Virus record (IMG/VR): IMGVR_UViG_3300031414_000008
Location: 118,633-182,632 of that record
Source: a virus
DNA length: 64,000 nucleotides
Reading direction: 5' to 3' (one strand)
Of this stretch, positions 26,536 to 36,345 are shown one piece after another. A program made the position numbers and the translations under genes. Under the pieces are notes generated by a model. It was not told where the DNA came from and did no database searches. It was given only the letters and a program-made list of their open reading frames with translations. Position 1 is the first letter of the stretch; each line of letters opens with the position of its first letter.

Positions 26536-28706
26536 TAATCCCTCCGGATGATTGCTCTGACTTCGCCACCGAAGTTACCACCACGGTTGAAGTTAAGGTT
26601 GGCCCCGCCGCGACCATCGTTGTAGTGACCATCCTGTACGCTTCGAGCATCTACAATCGCTGGGTTCGCGAGGTAGGTCGAACGGGTGATCGGTGAAGAG
26701 CCTGGACGCTCCTCAAACACCATGGTCATCTCGATCGGATCTCCGTCATTCACTGGGAAATACGTCGGTGCGATGGTCGCGGCTTCATTGATCAGTGACA
26801 CAGACCAGTTGTCCTGATAAATTTCGGCTAAAAGAAGCTTACCTTTAGCCGGCAGGTCCTCTTTTTTAGGTACATACATCTGAGCAGCGTGCTTCGACAG
26901 GATCGGTGGCGTGTACTCGTCGGTATACTTGAAGGTGAACGTCTTTTCAAGTGCCGGGTCGTAGTTGTCCGCCGTTGTTCCCGCAGTACGCACCACGATG
27001 TCATCGTAGACGCCCTTCAGGTCCTGCAGGTCCACCCAGAATGGATAGGCCTGGTAGACGACCATGTCTGCCGCTGCTTGCTGATTGATTTTAGCCAGTT
27101 TCGCCTTCAGATCGTCCGCGTAGATCAGGTAAAGTGGCGTGATGTCACGGGTATCCACTGAGATCTCTACGCCGGCGGAGTTCTTGTACGTTCTCACCAG
27201 AGATTCAGAGGTAAAGACTTCACTACCTCGGTATGAGCGAATACCAGTGGAGCGGCCTCTCGCCACAGCCATGTTGCCTCGTGACTTGAAGACGGGGTCG
27301 ACACGATACACGTCCTGGGCAACGGTCTCTCCGGCTTCCTGGACCCACCCACCAATGCCCGACAGTGCTCGACCATCCGCATTAGTTCCTCGGAATTCAC
27401 CGAGCTTTGGTGCGTCTCCGACCATTCCTTGGTGATAGACAGGAATCTGGAATCGGTTGTAATAGTTTGTGCCGCGGGAGAAGTAAGTCCCTCGGTCATT
27501 ACGCACGAAGTCAATGATGCGGGTGTCATAGATGTTGTCCTCGACCTGGACCAACTGCCCCATCTCAAGGTCGTCGTCGGTCACGTTGATGATTTCGTCG
27601 CCGAGCGCCCCTTTCCACACGAACACCGGGAAGGTGTGGGACGGGCGGGCACGCCAGATGACGTCGGATACCGCGTAATACCCTTTCAGGTCGATACCGC
27701 TTTGCTGGAACAGGACCATGAACGTGTTGTACTTCAGGTAGTTACGCATGATGTACGCCATGTCAGTGTTCTCTTTGACAGGCGGGTACTGTACGCCCCC
27801 GGTTAATTCCCCAGGGATGAAGGTATTGTACCACCACTCACCGTTCTTCTGGTAGTCCCGCACGTCGATCCAGTTGACGAGCTGCATACCCTCCGTCAGC
27901 TGATCGCCCTCGGCGATGTCCGGTTGGAAGCCGTAAGGGATGTCGTAGAAGTGCGTCGCCGTCAGGATCTCCCAGTGCCCATTGATCGGGTTCTGCAGAA
28001 CGTTCATGACCTTCTCGTTCGCACGAACGGTCGGTACGCCGATGGCCAGGTTCACACCGGCCTGCAGGTAGTTGATCACGGGACCGTGAGAGTACAGGAA
28101 GTACAGGCCCTGGATGAAGTTCTTGTAGTTCCCGATCGTACGGTCCGGAGACATGCCCACGGCACGACCGAACTGTGAGTAGATGATGTTCTCGTCCACG
28201 CACACGTTCGAGCCCCAGATAGCGAATTGAGTCTTACCCTCGGCGGTCACACGCTGCGGGAAGCCGAGCTCCGCCAGCGGCTTGTAGAAGGACACTTCTG
28301 TACCCTCTTCGTTGATCTCAAAGTGCACGCCGTGCGACAGAGAGATCGAAGGGAGCATCGGACGGTTCATCATGAAGTCCATCCGGGTGGTCTTCTCCGG
28401 CAGTTTGAAGATGGTCCCGGTTAGCCCGTCGACGGCGTCGGCAGGGGAGAACAGGTACAGCTTCAGCTGAGAGTTGTATGACTCCTGGATCGTGTCCAGG
28501 GAGATGTTCCCCGCACGCTGCAGGAACTGCCCGTAGGCGTCCCCGAGCGTCTGCGTGGAAACCTCGAGGAGCGAATCCACGAGGTCTTTGTCAGCGAAGA
28601 TCTGCAGCCAGAAGTCGGACAGGCCGTAGTAATACGACATCTGTCCGGTGACCTCGGCTCGCTCTCCAAGGCCTTTTAGTCCTGCTGCCGAGATGAAATT
28701 ACTCAT
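26535..28706 (-). CDS. baseplate wedge subunit (putative)
   Basis: 723 aa next to the baseplate J-like gene; GLYFLY..GP....L..GVN...G.P motif. Confidence 0.6.
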   Translation of the reverse strand: MSNFISAAGLKGLGERAEVTGQMSYYYGLSDFWLQIFADKDLVDSLLEVSTQTLGDAYGQFLQRAGNISLDTIQESYNSQLKLYLFSPADAVDGLTGTIFKLPEKTTRMDFMMNRPMLPSISLSHGVHFEINEEGTEVSFYKPLAELGFPQRVTAEGKTQFAIWGSNVCVDENIIYSQFGRAVGMSPDRTIGNYKNFIQGLYFLYSHGPVINYLQAGVNLAIGVPTVRANEKVMNVLQNPINGHWEILTATHFYDIPYGFQPDIAEGDQLTEGMQLVNWIDVRDYQKNGEWWYNTFIPGELTGGVQYPPVKENTDMAYIMRNYLKYNTFMVLFQQSGIDLKGYYAVSDVIWRARPSHTFPVFVWKGALGDEIINVTDDDLEMGQLVQVEDNIYDTRIIDFVRNDRGTYFSRGTNYYNRFQIPVYHQGMVGDAPKLGEFRGTNADGRALSGIGGWVQEAGETVAQDVYRVDPVFKSRGNMAVARGRSTGIRSYRGSEVFTSESLVRTYKNSAGVEISVDTRDITPLYLIYADDLKAKLAKINQQAAADMVVYQAYPFWVDLQDLKGVYDDIVVRTAGTTADNYDPALEKTFTFKYTDEYTPPILSKHAAQMYVPKKEDLPAKGKLLLAEIYQDNWSVSLINEAATIAPTYFPVNDGDPIEMTMVFEERPGSSPITRSTYLANPAIVDARSVQDGHYNDGRGGANLNFNRGGNFGGEVRAIIRRD

Positions 28707-30289
28707 TTAGGCTCCGGTGTAATGGTTAGTTTGTCTAGGTAGAAGCGCTGAGTCGAGGCCGCCGTGAACTTATCGGTCACCGTCTGCGTGTCCATTACGA
28801 GATCCTTCGCGACAGAGATTGCCGTCACCTTCATCGGTGCCTTCACGTTACCCAGACCGGCTTCACTGATCAAACGGTGAAGTTCAGATACGTAGATCGT
28901 ACCATTAACTGGCGTCTGGTTAAAGTAGTCGTCCACCGCCTTACGGGCCAGGGAGATCTCATCTGCGGTATAGGACTGTTCGTAGCCGGTCGCTTCGATG
29001 TTCACAAGGATCGGTTCGAAGGCACGGCACAGCTGGTCAGCACACACGACACGGTTCTGCTGATCTTCCAGGAACGACTGAATGTCCTCCAGACCGGTGA
29101 ACTTGCGGACCACGAAAGAAGCCGTCTTGTTCGGTTGCAGCAGGCCGAAGTCGATACGCAGAATCTGCTTGGCAGACAGGCCGAAGTCCTTCTGGGGCAC
29201 TAGCGGCACGTGATTCGTGTACACCGTGGTGTTCGGGTAAGAGATCGCAGCCTCTGCACTCTGAGGGATCTCGTCGTCCTTCACGCCGCCGGAAACCGGT
29301 GAGCGGTAGATGTCGAAGATCGGCCCTGTGAGCTCAACCACACCTTTCGAGTCTGTCGTCAACTGCACAACGGTCGTACGGAACGGCGTATCCGCGTAGA
29401 TATCCACGGAACCACCGACGTGGATCTTGTACTTCAGTGCAATCTCGGTCGCCGGATCATCGAAGATGCCTTCCACTTTCACGTAGTCACGCCACATGTC
29501 CGGATCGCCCATGCCCACCACCTTCATGTATTTGACGTAGTTGAAGACGTCAGTGATACGGGACGTGATTGACGGGTCGTTGATCAGGTTACGGGTCGAG
29601 ATTGAGTTGTACGAACGGTCCACCATCTCCACGTTGGTTTCCTGACGCACCGCCGGCTCGCTCATGTACAGGATCTTGCCCTTCACGAAGTACGGGTTGA
29701 AGAGCGTGAAGTACAGCAGGTCGCCCTCGGTCAGGTCGTTGTAATCCTCGTCCGCTGACTGTGAGGACAGGTCAGTGTCGAAGTACCACAGTTCTTCCGA
29801 CGAGTCGTACGCCAGGTACACGTTTCCGGAGATCGGTGTGTCACCGTCCTTCAGCGGCTGGGCGAAGATCGGGCTTGACGGGTAGAACATACGAGTGTTG
29901 TCCGTCGAGAAGAACGCTGACGTTGGCAGGGAGACGTTGCTTGGCGTCCCGTTCTGGAACAGGAAGTACAGGCGTGCCCGCACGGTAGCGAACGAACCGG
30001 TGTTACGCTGGATGAAGAAGTTCGACAGGATCCCGTCAACCACTTCCTGAGGCGTATCGTTGGTCACTGACGCAAGTGTGCCGCTCTCGAAGTAAATCTC
30101 GATGTACTTCTTCAGCATAGCAATCATCACGGCATTCGGACGGATCACGAGGTCACGCACACCGGTACCCTGACGGAAGTCAACCGTCGGGAACTTCGCC
30201 TCTAAGAACTGCTGGGCGAAGGTTTCGGCTTGCTGGATGTCATCAGAGGATAACTCCAGCTCGCTCATTACGGAAAAGATATCAGCCAT
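28703..30289 (-). CDS. baseplate J/gp6-like wedge protein
   Basis: P.VDFRQGTGVRDLVIRP, QETN.E...R, VVGMGDP.M.RD, GG.VDIY. Confidence 0.8.
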   Translation of the reverse strand: MADIFSVMSELELSSDDIQQAETFAQQFLEAKFPTVDFRQGTGVRDLVIRPNAVMIAMLKKYIEIYFESGTLASVTNDTPQEVVDGILSNFFIQRNTGSFATVRARLYFLFQNGTPSNVSLPTSAFFSTDNTRMFYPSSPIFAQPLKDGDTPISGNVYLAYDSSEELWYFDTDLSSQSADEDYNDLTEGDLLYFTLFNPYFVKGKILYMSEPAVRQETNVEMVDRSYNSISTRNLINDPSITSRITDVFNYVKYMKVVGMGDPDMWRDYVKVEGIFDDPATEIALKYKIHVGGSVDIYADTPFRTTVVQLTTDSKGVVELTGPIFDIYRSPVSGGVKDDEIPQSAEAAISYPNTTVYTNHVPLVPQKDFGLSAKQILRIDFGLLQPNKTASFVVRKFTGLEDIQSFLEDQQNRVVCADQLCRAFEPILVNIEATGYEQSYTADEISLARKAVDDYFNQTPVNGTIYVSELHRLISEAGLGNVKAPMKVTAISVAKDLVMDTQTVTDKFTAASTQRFYLDKLTITPEPK

Positions 30290-30788
30290 TTGTTACCTCG
30301 TTGAGAATCAAACCGTTGCTGTTAAACGGCAGTGCGATTGGGGCGCCTACCCCGGCTTTGGTCAGGACGCGGATCTTCACGATCGTCGACTCACGGCCCT
30401 GGACGGCATCGATGACCTCCACGGACTCGAGCTGAGACTCCGCGGAGTACAGGTAGGAGTTCAGGATGGCCTTCGCTTGGTCACCGGCTTGCTTGATCGC
30501 CGCGGTAATCGCTGCACGGGCAGACACGGAGTCCTGCGTAATGTTCGAGTACCACGCGTATTCCGTGAACTTCGTCCCTTGCTTCGGATAAATCGGGTCG
30601 GACCCCTGTCCGGTCATCAGGCACTTCACGAGCACCTGGACCACCTTCTGCAGCCCGGAGATCTTACGTGGGTTGTTCCCCATCGTGAACTGGAGCTGAG
30701 AGTTAGGGAAGCCGTCCGGGAATCCTAAAAGAAGGAGATCGTAACGGTCCTGGTTCTTAAGGTTTTGCGTATTGCCAACGCGGGCCAT
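30282..30788 (-). CDS. baseplate gp25-like protein
   Basis: GLQKVVQ...K.LMT.QGSDP..P..GT motif; position upstream of J-like gene. Confidence 0.75.
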   Translation of the reverse strand: MARVGNTQNLKNQDRYDLLLLGFPDGFPNSQLQFTMGNNPRKISGLQKVVQVLVKCLMTGQGSDPIYPKQGTKFTEYAWYSNITQDSVSARAAITAAIKQAGDQAKAILNSYLYSAESQLESVEVIDAVQGRESTIVKIRVLTKAGVGAPIALPFNSNGLILNEVTNG

Positions 30789-31180
30789 TATTCACTCCCT
30801 GGAGCCTGTCGTGCTCCCGTTAGGTTAAACAGATTGTTGTTCAAGTTGTTCGCCCAGTTAGCCTGACGGATCCCAGCTTCACTCGCAGCTTCACGGTAGT
30901 AGTCCGCACGGGACATGTTCCGGATGGCCATTTCGGCCTGCATTGAGTCGAGATCACGATAGGAAGCTAAAAGGGCGGCGTTAGTGGTGGACGCAGAGCC
31001 CTTAACGCGGCTCTGAATCGCCCGGCGAAGACCCGAGAGGTCAAAGCCGGTGATCACTTCATTCGCATCTTTGCCGGGGGTTTCCGGGTCCCCAAAGAAC
31101 CCGGTCATCCCCTTATAGTAGCTGCCTACCTTTGCAAAGTGCTCTTTAATGATCGATGGAATGTCATTTAGTTGCCCCAT
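30788..31180 (-). CDS. hypothetical protein
   Basis: 130 aa in operon. Confidence 0.7.
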   Translation of the reverse strand: MGQLNDIPSIIKEHFAKVGSYYKGMTGFFGDPETPGKDANEVITGFDLSGLRRAIQSRVKGSASTTNAALLASYRDLDSMQAEMAIRNMSRADYYREAASEAGIRQANWANNLNNNLFNLTGARQAPGSE

Positions 31181-31872
31181 GTTCCGTATTTCTCCTGTAG
31201 AGCCGCGACTTTCTTAGTCAGGTTCCCGGACGCATAGTTATACTGGTTGAGGTTCATTCCAAGGGACGCAGCGATTTCACTGGCAGGCTTCTTCGCGGCA
31301 CGCCCTTCAAGGATTTTCAGTTCGTCCGGGGTTAGCTGACTCTTAATGTAGTTTAGTTTCAGCGGGTCCTCGTTGAACCGAGAGTGTTCGGCGGCGTACA
31401 GGTTGCCGGACTCGTAGTGGTCCTGGAAGATCAGAGCCTTGTACTTCTCGACTTCCTTCTCGGACCAACCCATACGGTGACCGATTTCCTTGTTCGTTGG
31501 ATCGCGGCCCAGTTCATCCTCCAGGGTAGTGACAGCGTGGTTGTACTTCCCGTACTGCAGCTGCTTGTCTTCACCCATGTTGGCGATGTTTTGGTACGTA
31601 TAGTTCAGACGCTTGGCTTTACGCGTCCAGTTATAGACGTGGGTCGAAAGCTTCGTGCCCTTCGATGGGTCGTACTCCTTGATCGCACGCAGCGCCCAGG
31701 ACACGACTTCACCTTTCAGTGCCGACTGCGGGAGCGATCCGGACAGCTTGTTCGTTTCGCTCTGGATGATCGGCTTCAGGTTGTTGACCAGGTTCTTCAG
31801 AGCCGCCTTGTCACCACTGCTTTTCCAGCGGTTATACAGCTCTAGGTCGCGGTCACCTAATTCCTCATTCAT
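31168..31872 (-). CDS. sigma-70-family RNA polymerase sigma factor (FliA/WhiG-like)
   Basis: region 2 A..AI..YDPSKGTKLSTHV..W, region 3 L..ELGRDPT..EI...MGWS, region 4 L...E..IL......EIA..LG. Confidence 0.88.
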   Translation of the reverse strand: MNEELGDRDLELYNRWKSSGDKAALKNLVNNLKPIIQSETNKLSGSLPQSALKGEVVSWALRAIKEYDPSKGTKLSTHVYNWTRKAKRLNYTYQNIANMGEDKQLQYGKYNHAVTTLEDELGRDPTNKEIGHRMGWSEKEVEKYKALIFQDHYESGNLYAAEHSRFNEDPLKLNYIKSQLTPDELKILEGRAAKKPASEIAASLGMNLNQYNYASGNLTKKVAALQEKYGTWGN

Positions 31873-32164
31873 GGGATACCTCTTGAGTTAAGTTGAATGC
31901 TCTCACTACGTTGTACGAGTAGTCTACCAGTAATTCCTGCAACTGTCGGGAGTTTCGACGATAAACGAAACAATCCTTCGGGTTGGATGTCGTGGACAGA
32001 CGACCGTCAGAGATCAGGTTCGTCGGAATCATGTTGTGGAAACGTCGTACGATATTCATCTTCTCGCTCGCCATCAGATTCGCATCAGGCTGAACGACCT
32101 GAGACTCCGGCAGTGAAGCCGGAAGTCCCTCAGGATAAGTCAAAACTGCATTGTAATCGCTCAT
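31865..32164 (-). CDS. hypothetical protein
   Basis: 99 aa; GGTATAAG motif on − strand just upstream (32169-32176). Confidence 0.7.
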   Translation of the reverse strand: MSDYNAVLTYPEGLPASLPESQVVQPDANLMASEKMNIVRRFHNMIPTNLISDGRLSTTSNPKDCFVYRRNSRQLQELLVDYSYNVVRAFNLTQEVSHE

Positions 32165-32177
32165 AGTTCTTATACCC

Positions 32178-35100
32178 TTAACCGAGTCCTAAGTCGAAGT
32201 GCACCGGGTCGTACGTTGAGAAGTTACCGCCCCAACGAAGCGTGATGCCCATGGAGTTCGCACACTGCAGAACGTACGCAGCGAAGTTCTCCATGACCGC
32301 CCGGGACGATGCGTTCAGGTTGTTACACGGCACCATGTCTACGGCCCACGACGGATACTTCAGGTGACGAGAGCCTTTGCCTGCACCCTGAGCATACTTG
32401 CCACCACCGTTCTCCAAGGCCGCCTGCTTGGCCGACGTACGGTAGCCCGATGTGATCACAACTGGACGGGTCTCGATGACTTTCATCACGACCTTAACCA
32501 GATCTGGGTGACACTCGGCCAACTTCGCCTGAGACGTCGCGTCCAGGGCACCAACGGAACAACGCTTACCGAGTTTAGGCAGAACTTCCGGAAGCTGACC
32601 CTGTACGGTTGCTTGCTGAAGCGGAAGACCCGGTTGGCCTACGGTTGGTGGCACGTTCGTCGGACGGATCCCTGAGACGATCACTGGGTCTGGCGTCTCG
32701 GCCTCTGAATCGTAATCCAGGAAGGCGGAGCACTCCATGTCACGGCCACGCAGCAGCGACGAATCCTGTGTACCGGACTGGTCGTTCACCCACGGACCCT
32801 TACGGACTTCCTCAACGGTCGGAGAGCCTTGGTTCCACATGTCGATGTCAACGAAGGTCTCTGCCACCATGGCGTGCTCCTTCTCGATATCCAACAGTGA
32901 CGCGATGTTACGGGCCACGAGATTCAGGTTACCTAGCGTCGTCGTGTAGAGCGTCGGGTGGGTTGACCCGGTCAGGGTTGCCGCTTCACCGATTTCCCAC
33001 ACGCCCATGTTACGCTTCACCGGGAAAGGTTTACCGGTTGAGTACGCTTCGAGGATCGTTGGGTCCGCGGCGCCCACGCCCAGCACGTCGTTATAGTACT
33101 GGCATGCACGCTGGAAGGCCGGCGTATTGCCATACATCGACAGGTTCTCGTCCATCTTCAGCTGTGCGAGCAACCACGGGTACGTCCCCGGGATGTAACA
33201 CGTGGCGATTTCCGAGAAGGTGAACGCCGAGGACATCCCGATCGACGTCGCTGCGTAACCCCCGGCGTCAATGCTGTGCGTCACACTCGTACAGAAGCCA
33301 TGGTATGACTCTCTGAGAGGACTTGGATCGATGATGTCCATTGGGTACCCTGGGACGATAAACGGGTTGAAAACGCCGTCTACGGAGCCCTGACGGGACT
33401 GTGAGTAGATGTTTGAGAACTCCACGTCCACACCGGTGAAGAACAGACGTTGGTAGGCCTCGATGCCCGCCAAGTCGGTGTCCCACGGGTTCAGCGTTGG
33501 GTCGTCCGGATACAGCTTACTCCATGCCGCCTTCAGGTTATCGATCGTTGTGCCGGACGCCAAGTCACCCACGTTGCCCGAAGATGTTTGGTGGGACAGC
33601 ACGGCGTACCAGTAAGGCAGAGTACCGTCAGCGGTACGCACACCGGAACCCCACTCGTATTTCCCCGGCGTCGCCACCAGAGAGATCAGGGTCTGGGCCA
33701 AGTTACCGCCGTCAGCCAGGGCCACACGGACGGAGTGCGGGGCGACGTAGTTGTGCATGTTCACGGTGGTCCCGGCGTTCGCCTGAGAGTCTGCAGTGAA
33801 CTGCATCCCGTTGTAGATCACACGTGAAGGCACCTGATCGGAGCCGATGTTCACCGAATAGGACTCGTACATGTACGGCAGCAGCACGTTACAGATCGGT
33901 GAGTAGTACGCGAACATCCGCGGCTTGTAGACATGGTCGATCAGTTCCGGCGTGCCGGAGATCCCCACTTTAGCCGGTGAGTTCAGGATCACGTGGTCAT
34001 ACTCCACGACGTCCAGGAAGGCGTCGATCAGCTGGCCGTACGACATCACTTCACCGGTACCGCCCGACGTCATGCCGTTTGAAAGGATACTCAGAAGTTG
34101 CGTTGCCATGGCACCCGGCAGCAGCCCATTCATGTTGCCCGGGATCAACTTACCGTTGTTTGAGGCCATTTCCTCGTTGGAACCACGTGAAGAATAGGCA
34201 TTCGCGGCCAGACTCTGGGCGGACGGGAGTGGGGCATCCAGGAAGAATGCCTGGTCACGCTTACGGCGGCTCACCAAACCTTGGGAAACTTGACCGCCAG
34301 CATACACCCACGACATGAACTCATTGGCAGCACCCTGGGTGTTCCCTTCGGTGATCAGACGAACGAGCGTCGAAGGTTGACCGTTGGATTGCTGCAGGGC
34401 TCCGTCCTTGCCCAGCCCGCCAGGCCCGACGTTGAATGTTAAATCGACCAGGGCATCGAATTGTCCCTGGGAAAGCTTGAGCCCAAGACGGGCTACGGCA
34501 CGCTCTGCAGAGGCCACGTCTGCGGTCAGCAGCGAGTCAACCTGTGCGTCGGAGAGCGTCTTGCCATCGTACTGCGTGTCCGTTCTGGCAACCGCGTGGC
34601 CAACACCGATGGATGGCGTGCCGGTGGCGTCCAGAGCGTGAGCGATCGTCTTCCCGGTAGCGTCGTCGTACAGCTTGTAGTGACGGCCTTCGGCGAACTC
34701 GATCAGTTCTTTCTTACCGCGGGCAGACATGGACGTCAGGCCGAGCACCGTCTCCGGAGAAGAACCGGTGGTTGCCGTCTGCGTCGTCGCAGGCGCCTGG
34801 GTCGGGGCCGTCTTGGAATCACGCTGGATTGAACCTTCGATCACCGGGTGGCCGGTCATCTTGGTGAAGAACTTCAAGCCGCTTTCCATCAACGGGATGT
34901 ACATCTTCGTCATGATCGACTTGTCTTTCTGGTCGCCCGTCGAGTAAGCCGAACGCTTGAAGGAGTTCCACAGAGCCACGATCACCCCCGGAATACCTTG
35001 AAGACGCCAGTAGTTGTCAGACATGGTGTCGGAGAGCACTGAGATATCCCCGGCTTCCGGAGAATCTTCGAGGGTCACCTGACCGGCTTCCGGAGCACGA

Positions 35101-35681
35101 ACGCCCGCGAGGGCCTGTTCGATCGTGTACAGAGAGCTAACGTTGCCGCCGTCCACCATGATACCAAACGCTGAGTCACGAGCCGTCGTTTCCTGCGGGT
35201 TGGTTCCGATGTACTTGAAGAGGATCTCGTTCAGGATGTAGTAAGGGTGCACGCAGTTCAGTGACACGCTCGCAGAACCGCCTTCACCGGCCAGGGACTT
35301 GGAGTCCGTGACCGACGTGATGACGCCGCCGAAGATCAGCTTGTAGGCATGACGCTCGAGTTTGTTGAAGGTCTCACCGGCTTCGGCCACTGCCGCCTGG
35401 GCATCGAGGGTGTTAATCGTTGAGACGTTGCCTACCATCTTCTTCATGTCGTAAGGCGCCAGGCCTTGGTTAAAGTCACGATAGAAGAGGTGCACCTTCG
35501 GGAAGTACCCCTTGGTCATCTCTGAGAAACCACGCCACGGCGCCAGAGTGATCTGGGCCGTTGGCAGTCCGCGGTAGGTGTTGGTCACGCTGGCTGCATT
35601 AAAGGGGACCTCGATCCCCTCAATGTACAGCCGGAAGTTACCGTATAGGTTGTCTCCACCGAGATTATTTTCTAAACGCAT
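32178..35681 (-). CDS. baseplate hub-like protein with internal GH24 lysozyme and C-terminal M15-type peptidase
   Basis: central EG..YKLYDDA...IGVGH...FDALVDLTFNVG; C-terminal SGYRT..Q, SRHL...AVD, WGG.F..YD.VHF. Confidence 0.85.
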   Translation of the reverse strand: MRLENNLGGDNLYGNFRLYIEGIEVPFNAASVTNTYRGLPTAQITLAPWRGFSEMTKGYFPKVHLFYRDFNQGLAPYDMKKMVGNVSTINTLDAQAAVAEAGETFNKLERHAYKLIFGGVITSVTDSKSLAGEGGSASVSLNCVHPYYILNEILFKYIGTNPQETTARDSAFGIMVDGGNVSSLYTIEQALAGVRAPEAGQVTLEDSPEAGDISVLSDTMSDNYWRLQGIPGVIVALWNSFKRSAYSTGDQKDKSIMTKMYIPLMESGLKFFTKMTGHPVIEGSIQRDSKTAPTQAPATTQTATTGSSPETVLGLTSMSARGKKELIEFAEGRHYKLYDDATGKTIAHALDATGTPSIGVGHAVARTDTQYDGKTLSDAQVDSLLTADVASAERAVARLGLKLSQGQFDALVDLTFNVGPGGLGKDGALQQSNGQPSTLVRLITEGNTQGAANEFMSWVYAGGQVSQGLVSRRKRDQAFFLDAPLPSAQSLAANAYSSRGSNEEMASNNGKLIPGNMNGLLPGAMATQLLSILSNGMTSGGTGEVMSYGQLIDAFLDVVEYDHVILNSPAKVGISGTPELIDHVYKPRMFAYYSPICNVLLPYMYESYSVNIGSDQVPSRVIYNGMQFTADSQANAGTTVNMHNYVAPHSVRVALADGGNLAQTLISLVATPGKYEWGSGVRTADGTLPYWYAVLSHQTSSGNVGDLASGTTIDNLKAAWSKLYPDDPTLNPWDTDLAGIEAYQRLFFTGVDVEFSNIYSQSRQGSVDGVFNPFIVPGYPMDIIDPSPLRESYHGFCTSVTHSIDAGGYAATSIGMSSAFTFSEIATCYIPGTYPWLLAQLKMDENLSMYGNTPAFQRACQYYNDVLGVGAADPTILEAYSTGKPFPVKRNMGVWEIGEAATLTGSTHPTLYTTTLGNLNLVARNIASLLDIEKEHAMVAETFVDIDMWNQGSPTVEEVRKGPWVNDQSGTQDSSLLRGRDMECSAFLDYDSEAETPDPVIVSGIRPTNVPPTVGQPGLPLQQATVQGQLPEVLPKLGKRCSVGALDATSQAKLAECHPDLVKVVMKVIETRPVVITSGYRTSAKQAALENGGGKYAQGAGKGSRHLKYPSWAVDMVPCNNLNASSRAVMENFAAYVLQCANSMGITLRWGGNFSTYDPVHFDLGLG

Positions 35682-36345
35682 TACCGTACGCTCCGTAGTA
35701 GGCCAGAATCATGAGAGCACGCTCGAAACGGCTCTTGATGTTATTCAGATAGTCTACCTCATCCGGCGGAATCTTTAAAGAACCCATCTGGCGAACCATC
35801 ATGTCCATTTCCTCGTGCGACACGAGCTCTTCGAAAAGTCCTTGACGCAGCGGCAGCGGCGGTGACGGCAGCGGCAGAGCACCCATGATGGCGCCGGAGT
35901 ACGTTCCTGCGAGGTGGTTCAGGTACGCTGAAGACTCCACGGGCATCTTGACCACGGCACCGACCTCTGGGAGCGGTTCTGTGATGCCCAGACGGATATA
36001 CGTACCGTGTAGGCACTTGCGGCACACACCACCCTTGGACGTACACGCACACGTATCCCGCACGCGGATCGTGAAGATATTGTGCTCGTACTTATCGATC
36101 ACGTACGCCTCATCGATGATCTCGTCCGTGTCGAGGGCCAGCAGGCCCACCATCGAGTAGTCGTCTGCTGACACATTTCGTCCGAGCATCGTGTGGCAAT
36201 CATCTTCGACAACCTTGACCGTTGGCTGAAGGATCTTCGTGGTGAAGGCCTTCACGGAAGGCAGAAGGTCAGGCATCGCCTTCTGCTTGAAGAAGTTCTC
36301 AAGGGTCATCGATTGGGCATACGAACGTACCCCTAAATTACTCAT
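35665..36345 (-). CDS. stand-alone RNA polymerase beta'-like zinc-binding module
   Basis: VVEDDCHT..G ... IRVRDTCAC...GGVCRKCLHG matches the RpoC EDDCGT...VRS...C....GVC..CYG Zn site. Confidence 0.7.
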   Translation of the reverse strand: MSNLGVRSYAQSMTLENFFKQKAMPDLLPSVKAFTTKILQPTVKVVEDDCHTMLGRNVSADDYSMVGLLALDTDEIIDEAYVIDKYEHNIFTIRVRDTCACTSKGGVCRKCLHGTYIRLGITEPLPEVGAVVKMPVESSAYLNHLAGTYSGAIMGALPLPSPPLPLRQGLFEELVSHEEMDMMVRQMGSLKIPPDEVDYLNNIKSRFERALMILAYYGAYGNAFRK

